64,000 nucleotides of DNA from Selaginella moellendorffii (lineage: Eukaryota; Plantae; Lycopodiophyta), in the NCBI RefSeq assembly GCF_000143415.4, contig NW_003314282.1:1073374-1137373 (forward strand). The letters are read 5' to 3'. Positions 39,022-49,849 of the stretch are shown piece after piece (positions within the stretch are counted from its first letter, which is position 1; the number at the start of each line of letters is the position of its first letter). Made by a program: the position numbers and the translations under genes. The notes below the pieces were generated by a model. That model searched no databases, had not been told where the DNA came from, and was given only the letters and a program-made list of their open reading frames with translations.

Positions 39022-39612
39022 TGTAAGCAACCAAGAGAACGACTCGAGAGACAATCCATGGGGTTCAAATATAGAGGGAAAGGGCCTATGAATAAAAGTG
39101 CACCCCCTTTTCTAATCGGTTAAGGGTCTTGGGATATTTGGAGTTACATTTGGTATCAGAAGGGTCTCGGGTCCGACTCTGTTGGTTAGCTAAGGGAATC
39201 ACACCACATGTTGATTAACATCTGGCTGGTCCAATTTGCTCCTGAAGGGTAGGGTGTCAAAAGAGCGGGGCTCTTGGGAGAGCAGGGCTCTTGGGAGAGC
39301 TGTGGCTCTCAACTTCCGTTCACAAGGGCGTGAACTTGCAGGGAAGTGTGATGGATTGTAAGCAATCAAAGGGAACTACTTGAGAGACAATCCATAGGAT
39401 TCAAATATAAAGGGAAAGGGCCTATGAATAAGAGTGCACCCCCTTTTCCAATCAATTAAGGGTCTTGGGATAGTTAGAATTAAATAGTACTGGGCTGGGT
39501 GACTTCTCGGGAATCGGTTAAGGGTCTTGACATAGTTGGAGTTAAGCATCCTTGGGTTTGAATAGTACTGGGCTAGGTGACCTCTTGGGAAGTCCAAACT
39601 CAGGAGTTTACA
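39022..39612 (+). mobile_element. Cassandra-type TRIM: LTR 39022-39148, PBS-Met, short internal region, LTR 39357-39612
   Basis: Both LTRs start TGTAAGCAA and end TTACA; TGGTATCAGA at 39151; purine-rich tract before the second LTR; non-coding; 5S-like segment in the 3' LTR. Confidence 0.88.
39540..39595 (+). promoter_or_regulatory. 5S rRNA-derived internal Pol III promoter segment (A box, IE, C box) in the LTR
   Basis: AGTTAAGCATCCTTGGGTTTGAATAGTACTGGGCTAGGTGACCTCTTGGGAAGTCC aligns without gaps to the plant 5S internal control region (about 46/56 against a recalled angiosperm sequence). Confidence 0.88.
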
Positions 39613-40770
39613 CTGCGAACCTGTTTCAAATGAATAATTAAAAAAAAAAACAGTCAACTTACCTAAGTGAGGGATCATCAAGTGCTGCTATAGTTGGTTG
39701 CCCTTGAGGAACTCTTGAGCATAGCTTGGAGTTCCAAAAAACCCTCACGTCATGAACACTCCCTAGGGAAAAAAAAAAACCAATTAGATGTATAGAAGAA
39801 AATAATTAAAAGTAATTACCTGGCAACCTGCATAGATACTCCAGAACCTTTTCTAAGCGTCGCAAACCCCCTGCAAGATCACTAAGTACTGCTGCTTTCG
39901 ATCAAAGTAGCCCTCACCATCTGGGCCAATTGGTCAGATAATCTCGAAATGTGTAGAGTCAATCACCCTAGCCACATTAGGGAGACAGGTCTTGGTGATT
40001 TGTTGAAAATCTGCCACTACAGCTCTAACCTTTGCTGTTGTCTCCAAGAATTGAATCTTGTACCTAAGGCACTTGATGATTGCAACAGTTGTCTGCACCA
40101 CAATGTCATGTGCAATGGCTTCCCCGATTCCAAACTTGTCAGACAGGTCAGAGTAGTCAGTGTTTTTGAACAAATTGTACAAGATGACCCCCATACGAAC
40201 ATCCACTAGCACCACTCTCCTAAACTTCGTATCCTACTTGCAAATTTCAACCTCTAGAATGCCACAAAGCCCGAAGAATGTCATCTTCTCCATCCTCAGC
40301 TTCCGCTTCCATCAACCAGGGTCATACAACTCCATGAAGAACTTGCTCCATATTGTCATACACCACAGCTTCACCCACCAGAGACCGATGTCAAATTGTT
40401 TGGACAAGACTGCTCAACAAAGCTTGTCTTCGTCCTCCTCCTCGTCCGGAAGAGTTTGTGCCACTAGGTCTTGTCATCAATGATGGATTGAAAAGCCTCC
40501 ATGGCAAGAAACAAAACTTACAAAAGAAGTAAGATTACCTTGTTCCTCAACAAGGCATCGATGACTGCTGCCTGATTGTTGAAAGAACCACGTTCTTCCC
40601 CAGCATCTCTCTGGTTTTCCCTAGAAGCATCTTCTATTTTTTGAGGTTGAACTGTTGCAAGATCTTGAAAAAAAAAAATGGTTAGAAGAAATCTAGAATA
40701 TCATAGCCTAAACATAGTTTAGTTTAATATTAATAATTAACGTCCCCCTAAAATCCCGAAAACAAGGTGG

Positions 40771-41700
40771 CTAACTCCTGGATGCAGCCCCATTCAAGAA
40801 GTTGGAGATGGAGCTTGCAAGGTTGGAAATGGCTCTAGTTAAAATTGTTGCAGCTGCAACCTTCTCCTTCTCGGCCAGGCTATTCTCCTTCATGCAAACA
40901 ATGCTCTCTTTTTGCCATGCTAGATTCTGCTTATTTTGAGCAGCAACTAGAGCATTCCCCTCACCAAACAAAGTGTTCATGCTTTTCTCGGCCTTCTTCA
41001 GGTTCTTTTGCTTCCTTCAACTCCTTGGCACTTGTGTAGCATCTCCAAGAGGATCAACACCATCCGTGGGATCCTCCTTGTGAGATTCCTCCTACAGAGC
41101 ATTTGAATTAACAAGAAACGTTGGAGATGTTGGTGCCTGCTTTGCCAGGAATTCATCCATGATGTTGAAGTACTCGAATAGGAACACCTTCAAGTTTAGC
41201 TTCACTGGCATAAGCCACTTTGCATCCTTGTGGCTCAAGCTGAAGTAATCAGGGTTCTCAGTTTTCCTCTAGAAATCGCAAACACACTTGTAGTCATTGC
41301 AAAGGTTGTTTCAGCGAGTCTAGCAAGCCTTCCAGTCCCACTGCATGCCAGCAACTTGCATCTTCTTTACAATCCTCTTCTAGCAAGCAGTTGTTTTCAA
41401 TGTCATCTCCTTGCTGGCCTACACATCCCCAATCTTTCCAAGGTGATCTTCTTGTTTGAAATCAATGAGGGAAGCTATCTTATTGTCCCCCCAGTTTTTC
41501 CTGCATTTCTTCCTCACTTTCTTCACGACATAAACACTTGCCTCCCCTTCCTTGCAATCATTGCCCTCTTCTTCATCACCTCCATCATCTTCTTCCACCT
41601 CTTGTTCAACAGTAACATCGTCTTGCTCCTCTAAGTTATGAAACCACAACTGCATATATTGTTGTCTTGATGACTATTCCCGCTCCAAGTCACTTGCTTC
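40771..41700 (-). pseudogene. Harbinger Myb/SANT-like (trihelix) DNA-binding ORF
   Basis: Acidic tract followed by RKNWGDNKIASLIDFK; inside the TIRs beside the transposase. Confidence 0.7.
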
Positions 41701-42882
41701 GCCACCCTAAACCCAAAACCACTCTCCTAGAAACTCTGAGCTAAATTGGGGATGAAGCTTACCTCGTTGGTTGTTATAGAAGAGAATTTAGAGAACAATC
41801 AAATTCTAGAAGCTGTAGGGGGAGAGGCTCTAGCTCCCCGTGCTACAGCTCCCCCCACTCCAGCTTCAGGTCTGCCCTGATTAAGGCCAAGATCCGTGAG
41901 CTCGGCATCTCCACGGCCTCAACCCCGAGGCGGCCTGCCTCCTCAAGCGACAGTTGGGCCTGGTGCCGTCCTCCAGCCCTAGATGCTCCTCCACTGCAGT
42001 TGCTCCTCACTCCACGAGCAGCACCTCCACACTAGATGCTGCCGCCTTGAACCCACACATCTCCTTATCAAACCCTACAACTCCTCCTTCCTCAAAATCA
42101 GCTGCTCCTCCTTCCTCCATCGAATCCCCAACATGATCTAACCCTAGGGAGCCTACCTTGGTGATGCGGCTCCCCTGCCATCAATGCCTGAGCTCGTGGC
42201 AAGCAAAAAAACTGAAATACCCTAATCAGGGCATTGGAATCTTTAAGGAATCTTGGACATTCCTTTTAAAAATATTTTAAGATTAAAAGAACCCATCTTT
42301 TAAAATCGATTTATTTTTATCTGAATGTTTTAAAACGTGAAAACATTGTGTTAAAGTTAGCACTTTCAATGAAAATGTTTTTAAAAAATATCCTAAATTT
42401 TAATGTAAAGTAATTTACTTTATTTTAAAACATAGTGCAAATGTATTTTTCACTTAAATTTAACACATTTTAAGAATAAAGAGCAAGTGCAAATGCCTCC
42501 AAATTATCTATGTTTAAGAGATGAAATCAAAATATAAAGTTTGCAAGCTTGTCACAAACCACATCAATAGCTGGATCACATTATGTTATAATGGTGATCT
42601 AGAGATTCAGGAGAACCTGCTAAAAAAAGTGTCTTATATTGGGATTGAAAAGTTCATATGGGATGCATATAATTATATCCTTTTTTTAATGCAGGATTTA
42701 ACATTTGACATTATTTCTTGCAGAAGCATAGCAGCCTCTTGAGAGGACAATTTACCTGTCCAGCCAGAACTAACTAGATTTCTCTAGCAAGCTTGTTTCC
42801 CTAGCACTTTGCTTGCTGTAGGTCATCTAGAGGAGTAAACTTCTCTTCAGAGAGAAACCATCTGTAATTTTGGTCAGAATAT

Positions 42883-44061
42883 TCAAATTGTTATGCCGTG
42901 GTGGAGCAGGAAGTCAAACACGTGCTTGAGGATGGCCGGCCAGTTTGAGACTATCAAACTCGAAAGCATGGCACTCAATAGCACGAGCGTGACGGCGCTT
43001 CTGCCGCGTGAAGGCGATATTGCTCGAAAGTGGTGGGACTTGTTCATCGCGTTAGTGGTACTCCCTGTTAGAATCTCTTTCGTGCTTTAGTAAATGGTTG
43101 ACTCTCGTTTTCTTTCCTAGCGATCAATCACAGTGATGCGAAAGATACTAGAGCTTACCTGGGTGCTTCTCCTCGAGCTCCGTCGCCGCGTCTTTGAGCT
43201 TCTGTGCTTTCTCCGCAGCTCGAGAGGCTGCGTCGGCCGCGGCCTTGACGTCGGGTTCTCCACCGGCGTTTGTCTTCGGCTTGGTTGGATCCGCAGCGCT
43301 GTCAATGACGGTGCCGATGTCCGAACGCATAGAGTCCGTTGTGCCTTTTACCTATGCTTCCAACAGTTGAAACTTAAAATGCTTGGAAGGTTGGAGCAAA
43401 GCAAATGAGCGTGCTCACCTTGTCCCTGAGTTCTTCTCTTCGGTCTTCTGGGATCGACTCGTCCTCGATAACTTCTTCCACTTTCTCTAGTCCTTCTGCA
43501 ATGCCGCTCACTGTTAGTGCTGCGTCGTCTAATTGATCCGTGCAGTAGTGCACAATAGCATGTAACAGTAAGAAACCAACGTTAATACCTTCCACTATTT
43601 CCATAATCTGTTGCTCCTTTTTTATAAATCCCAGGATGAGGGCTGGAAGTCTTATCAGAAAAGCCAACACATCCAAGCTGCAGAATTGGTTAAATAAAAG
43701 AGCACACAAAATGACAATTCTCACATATTCGAGGAGAAAAAGGACTTCGAAACTGGGCCATCTGGATCGTTACTGTTTCGTCACAATTCACGAGAATTTG
43801 TTTTCGCAGAGGAAAAGATCCGAAAGCTTACCTCGCTCTGGCGATGATATTGGAGCGCCTTGCGGAGGAGAAGCGAAAGATTTGTTCCGCCGGGAAGGAT
43901 GAGTAGAGCTTCAGAGCCAAATCCTGTTGCCTTCTCGTAGAAATTCTGGATCCCGCACTCGCGCTCAAGTGATTGTTGATTGATAGAACCTGGTAGCCGC
44001 GTCGTTCTGCCAGAGGATTGAAACGTAGTCCTGGAAAAGCGATATCAGAAGCCGTAGCCAT
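42883..44061 (-). CDS. Gene X copy 2, possibly intact
   Basis: Same exon structure as 34659-35873; the indels I checked are in frame. Confidence 0.6.
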
Positions 44062-44369
44062 TCTTGAATCCAGATCCAAGCTGCTCGATCTCCGTTTAAG
44101 AAGCCCTCGAATCGAAACTTCAAAGTCAGCACTTTCCGAAGCCACCTAATACAATCGAGACTTGGTAAAACGTGAGCAAAAGAAACAACAAAGAGTGGAC
44201 TAAACGACGGCTTGTTTTACGCCGTATACACCTGTTCCAATTCACGCGCAGTGTCAATATCCTATCAACCAAAACAGAAAAGCGTTAAAGAAACGAAAAC
44301 AAGTGAAAACTTACGTACAAGTCAGAGCCATCGCGAAGCATTCCTCCGCAAGAGCATTTCATTTTTTTA

Positions 44370-45475
44370 GCTATTTTCCTGAGATCTCCAGGAACTCGTC
44401 AAACTCCTTGACATGAACATCACAGCAGGCCCACTAGCAAGAAAAAAACTAGAAAAAGAACACGTCATACGATTTAGAATGGATAGCCTAGATAAACTGA
44501 AGAGAAGCTTACTCCTCTCGACCTGTCGTGAAAAACAGCTATCATCCTGCAAGCAGTTTCATGGTTCTCTCGCTCGGTGAATGCCTTTCCGCAGCCTTTA
44601 TTCCTGCACGTCCGCTTTGCATCCAAGTCAATCACGTTGGGGAGGGCCGCCGGGGCTGCTTGCACCGATGATTGCGAAGCTTCTTTCGCAGCTGGTTTTT
44701 AATCGTTGAGTTGCGATATCTTTGAGCCTGCGAAGAACAGATATTTTAATCTTAAGTTACGAGCATAAAGGAAAAGTAAAGAGAGAAAAAAGATCAAAGC
44801 CATCTTCCGTGCGTGCGAATGAGCAAGACAAATGACAAAAGGTTTAAGGTTTGGTTACCGTGATCTGAACAGTAGAAACCTTGTTTGCATCTCAAGCAAT
44901 TGGTGTTGCTGACGTGTCTCCCTGTGGTAAAGTTTTGCTTGGCTTGGGAGCTGGTTTTGGTTTCTCTGATGTGTGCTTTTCGTGCGTACAGCTGATGGAA
45001 CAAGGAGAAAATTTAGCCTCCAAAAAAAAAGAACAGCAAAAAAACAATGAACGAGAAAATGACCGCATAAGAAAACAAAAAAGAAGAAAAGCAAACACAA
45101 AAGAAGAAGGAAGAAGCAGGAGAAGGAAGTAGACGTACCCTGGAATGCTTAAGAACAAGCTAAAATCGTGACTCTGCTGTTTGCAGCAGCTCCATTGTTT
45201 CCCACCGTCGTGAAACAGGGGCTGAAATCACCACAGCAATCCCAAACTGAAGAAATCAAGCACAGATTTGACAACACATACCGGCTGCTCGAAAAAATCC
45301 AGTTCCAGTTCTAATTTCATGCACAAGATCAAAATTGGAGGCAAAAATCTGTGAAAACGCGGGAAGAAAACCACAAACTTACGCCGGGATGGCAGCAGAA
45401 AGCGTTCTCATCGTCGTTTTGATCGGGAGAGAAGAGCGCGTCGCATCCAATCCGCTGGCATTGGGCCTTCCCCAT
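44370..45475 (-). pseudogene. RAR1: RAR1 pseudogene, copy 2
   Basis: Frameshift in exon 3 (GDTSATPIA*), deletion of CHORD-II SYHPGP and a truncated last exon. Confidence 0.9.
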
Positions 45476-45555
45476 CGCTCCTGCTCCTACACACAAGCCC
45501 TAAAAATAATTAACGTTACAAGTTTGGCTTACACTTTCACATTCTATCAGCAAAG

Positions 45556-45828
45556 ACTGACATAATGCGCCAAATTTCGGTTCTGGTGTCGGTTTGATGA
45601 AACGTGTATGTATTATTCCCCAATGCCCCTTAGGGGCTAAAACAACAGCGAGAACGCACTCTCTAGCGAGACTACGAGCATGGATGCTCAGCGTTGCTCA
45701 TGGGCCATCCACCTCCCAAGTGACTCCACCACGAAACTAGAAGCCACAAACCGCCACAGAGCCCTCCACCACCAACCTGCCTTCGGTGCCAAGACGAAAG
45801 GGCATCGGTTCAAATCCCACTGTCCCAC
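45556..45828 (+). pseudogene. tRNA-Leu pseudogene with an insertion of about 207 bp (45588-45794)
   Basis: Same D-arm deletion as 37448; the two halves flank unrelated sequence. Confidence 0.8.
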
Positions 45829-45855
45829 GGCTTTTTTTATGGTTTTTGCTTCTCT

Positions 45856-46505
45856 ATGGCTGTCTCTCCAGATGCCAATGGGAGTTTTCAAGTCCTTTGC
45901 GATTCATTCCAAGGTCATTGTTCTGAAATTTACAAGATGGTAGTGACCAGCCAAGCAGCGAGCCAGCATCGATAGAGCTCGAATTTTGGGGGCTAATAGC
46001 ATCAAAACTCCAGCAATTTCCAAAGCTTTTTTCTTTGTGCCCGATGGCAATGGGGATGTGAGTGTCAAGAGCGGTGAGAAGGTGCTCAGGAAAAGAACAA
46101 GCTCAAGCTCTACAGATTTTATGTGAGCTTATGAACAAAGTCAAGGGTGAAATTTGAATTTTTTTTTCTTACTGAAGAGCAAGCTGATGAATTGTGGAAG
46201 AGGGGGTGGCAGCTGTGGAAATTGTATTGTGGAGATTTTAGAATGACAAGAGTTGCTCAGTCAAGCCAACTAGTGCTGAAAAGAAATAAACAGGTAAAAA
46301 AGAATTCAAAGCAGACAAGATGAATAATGTATTACTTAAAATTTTCATAAACCTTGTACTTTGGAGGCTAGCTTGTCAAACAATTGTCAAAGATAAGTCT
46401 GATGCTGGCAAGGTAAGAAAGTATCTTTTTGCCAAGTCAATTTGATCTTTTGTTTTTCTTTTTTCTTTTCTACACATGGTTGTTCAGAGATTACCATAGA
46501 AGAAA
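45856..46505 (+). pseudogene. Ferredoxin-like pseudogene, copy 2
   Basis: Aligns to 55845-56564 with deletions and stops. Confidence 0.88.
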
Positions 46506-47245
46506 AAATCTTTCTATACCTGCACATAAATTAATTATTAACTCCAATGTTTTTTCAAAAGTTCTCTTTTACTTTGTATTTGGTAGTAGCAAGAGTGAAA
46601 GGTTTTCCTTCTAATGAGCTTGCTAGAACAACTCTATAATCTGTAAGTCAGTAATGTGAAAATTAAAGAAGTTTGAGAGAAAAAACATACATTAATTAGC
46701 ATTTTGTTGATCATCATGAAGTTGACTCCCCAACTCTATAGTCAACAAAATGTGATCTTCCCAAGTCTCAATAAGTCAATTCTGATATATGATATAAAAT
46801 ATATAGTAAAACCATTTACAATAAATGTTTTTTGATAGATATATATTGTAAATGTTATCTATATTCAAGAGACGAAATCAAAATATAAAGTTTGCAAGCT
46901 TATCACGAACCACATCAATAGCTGGATCACATTATGTTATAATGGTGATCTAGAGATTCAGGGTAGAACCTGGTAAAAAAAATGTCTTATATTGGGATTG
47001 AAAAGTGGGATGTTAATGCAGGATTTAACATTTGACATTATTTCTTGCAGAAGCATAGCAACCTCTTGAGAGGACAATTTACCTGTCCAGCCAGAAATAA
47101 CTAGATTTCTCTAGCAAGCTTGTGTCCCTAGCACTTTGCTTGCTGCACTAGGTATAAAGAGTACATCTAGAGGAGTAAGCTTCTCTTCAGTTCGTCTAGT
47201 CTATCCAGTAAGAGGAGAAACCATCTGTAATTTTGGTCAGAATAT

Positions 47246-48434
47246 TCAAATTGTTATGCTGTGGTGGAGCAGGAAGTCAAACACGTGCTTGAGGATGGCC
47301 GGCCAGTTTGAGACTATCAAACTCGAAAGCATGGCACTCAATAGCACGAGCGTGACGGCATTTCTGCCGCGTCAAGACGATATTGCTCGAAAGTGGTGGG
47401 ACTTGTTCATCGCGTTAGTGGTACTCCCTGTTAGAATCTCTTTCGTGCCTTAGTAAATGGTTGAATCTCGTTTTCTTTCCGATCAATCACAGTGATGCGA
47501 AAGATACTAGAGCTTACCTGTGTGCTTCTCCTCGAGCTCCATCGCCGCGTCTTTGAGCTTCTGTGCTTCCTCCGCAGCTCGAGAGGTTATGTCGGCTGCA
47601 GCCTTGAGCTTCTGTGCTTCCTCCGCAGCTCGAGAGGTTATGTCGGCTGCAGCCTTGACGTCCGGTTCGATGACGGTGCCGATGTCCGAACGCATAGAGT
47701 CCGTTGTGGCTTTTACCTATGCTTCCAACAGTTGAAACTTAAAATGCTTGGAAGGTTGGAGCAAAGCAAATGAGCGTGCTCACCTTGTCCCTGAGTTTTT
47801 CTCTTGTTGCGTCTTCTGGGATCGACTCGGCCACTTCCTCGAAAAATTCTTCCACTTTCTCTGTTACTTCTGCAATGCCGCTCACTGTTAGTGCTGCGTC
47901 GTCTAATTGATCCGTGCAGTAGTGCACAATAGCATGTAACAATAAGAAAGCAACGTTAATACCTTCCACTTTATGGATAATCTGTCGCTCCTTTTCTATA
48001 ATTCCCAGGATGAGGGCCGGAATTCTTATCAGAAAAGCCGACACATCCGATCTGCAGAATTGGTTAAATAAAAGAGACACAAAATGACAATTCTCACATA
48101 TTCAAGGAGAAAAAGGACTTCGAAACTGGGCCATCTGTATCGTTACTGTTTCGTCACAATTCACGAGAATTTGTTTTCGTAGTGGAAAGATCCGAAAGCT
48201 TACCTCGATCTGGCGATGATATTGGAGCGCCTTGCGGAAGAGAAGCGAATGATTTGTTCCGCCGGGAAGGATGAGTAGAGCTTCAGAGCAACCAAATCCT
48301 GTTGCCTTCTCGTAGAAATTCTGGATCCCGTACTCGCGCTCAAGTGATTGTTGATTGATAGAACCTGGTAGCCGCGTCGTTCTGCCAGAGGATTGAAATG
48401 CAATCCTGGAAAAGCGATATCAGAAACCGTCCAT
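47246..48434 (-). pseudogene. Gene X copy 3, frameshifted just after the ATG, with a 51-nt internal duplication
   Basis: ATGGACGG versus ATGGCTACGG in the other copies; KAAADITSRAAEEAQKL occurs twice. Confidence 0.75.
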
Positions 48435-49314
48435 TCTTGAATCCAGATCCAAGCAGTGCGATCTCCCTTTAAGAAGCCCTCGAATCGAAACTTCAAAGTC
48501 AGCACTTTCCTAAGCTTCCTAACACAATCGAGACTTGGTAAAACGTGAGTAAAAGAAACAACAAAGAGTGGTTTGTTTTACGTCGCGGATCTGCGGGATC
48601 TTCAGGAACTCGTCAAACTCCTTCACATGAACATTACAGCAGGCCCACTAGCAAGAAAAAAACTCTTAGGGAGCTATCTGTGTGAACTTGGCCAGCCTTG
48701 TCCAAGGCGTGGACATATTTAGAGATCCTGGGCATTCTCAGTGTCTTTCACCTGCTGTTCTGCCATCTTAGCAACATTGCAAAGATGAAAATGTGAAGTT
48801 TCCGCACATTTCTTCACCATTTCCATGGCACAAACCCAATTTGCTATGGGAGCTTTCCAACTTGATCGTAATGCAAATTAAGCTAAGCAGTGCTAGTACA
48901 ATGTTAATCCAATGCTGCAATTTAGTGGAAGTCAAGAAGATCTTCAAGAGGATGGAGACGTGTAATTGAGCCAAATCTATGAAGGTGTTTAATCAAATGT
49001 TTCTAAATAGTTTAGATGTTTAATTGAAGATCATAAATTACATGAATATAAATTATATTTTACATTTTATTTTGGACGGAAGCTAAGAACTATAATTCTC
49101 ATGAGAGCCCCACCCAATTGAAAAAAGTGGTACACTTTTATTTATAGATTTTTTCTTTTTATATTTGAACTTTTATGAATTATTTCTTAAGTCATTCTCT
49201 TTAATTGTTTACACAAATTTTTTAACACTTCCCCACTCTAACTTTTAACTCCTGAATATTTATATCATTATCATTGGGTATAGCTTTTTGTAGTCATATT
49301 AGTTAGCACTTTCG

Positions 49315-49450
49315 GCTTTCAGTCTCAGTTTAGAACTTAATTTTGGACTTAATTTTGAATTCTTTATTTTGGATTTAGTTTCAGATTTGATTTTAAATTT
49401 GATTTTGGACCCAATCTTGGATTTGATTTCAGACTTAGTCTTGGATTCAA
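49315..49450. repeat. Degenerate 12-bp minisatellite
   Basis: Periodic ttttggacttaa / tttcagatttga-like units. Confidence 0.6.
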
Positions 49451-49849
49451 TTTTTTATATTTCCATGTGTCACAACACTACTCACATGTTAATCATTTTT
49501 TTGCCCCTTTTGTTTATCAATCACTATGTACAATCAATCATCCAACCTTTAAAAAGGATGCATTTACTAAATTCAAAGTTGATGTAGGCTTGTCCATATC
49601 CTCAGTGATTTATGGTAACTTTGTCAAATCATGTAGCCCTCATGCCAATTAATTCATTAGACTTCCACTCTATATGGCACATCTTCAGCTTTAGTTTATT
49701 TTGGAACTTAGGGATTATGCACTGAAAAATAAAGCAAACATGATGGTCATGCTTTTCTTGAGTTTCAGCTTATCGAAAGGAGTAAGCTTCTCTTTAATTT
49801 GTCTAATTTATCCGTTCTTTTTCTAGCAACACGCTCAGTATCTCCGCTG

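Larger units (their letters stand above)
38650..40450 (-). pseudogene. Harbinger (HARBI1 / DDE_Tnp_4-like) transposase, interrupted by a TRIM
   Basis: FGIG..AHDIV, VIDSTHF, YFDRKQQY..ILQGVCD and YNQQH..WIVIEQAFGLLKMKFRCL..CCILHNF. Confidence 0.88.
38299..42503 (-). mobile_element. PIF/Harbinger DNA transposon (degenerate)
   Basis: Imperfect 25-bp TIRs (ggagccatttgcacctgcgctttat / ataaagagcaagtgcaaatgcctcc), TTA next to both ends, DDE transposase plus Myb/trihelix ORF; absent at the paralogous site near 46810. Confidence 0.9.
34600..48660. repeat. Tandem segmental duplication of a cassette of about 4.3 kb (copies 1-3); a fourth partial copy lies at 54220-56760
   Basis: Near-identical exons and introns at 34600-38298, 42504-46860 and 46860-48660 (truncated). 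Confidence 0.95.

Noticed and set aside
39540-39595. A true 5S rRNA gene
   Set aside because: Only the internal control region is present, without the 5' part or terminal stem, and it lies inside an LTR.
49315-49450. CRISPR-like array
   Set aside because: Eukaryotic context, and a degenerate minisatellite without unique spacers.
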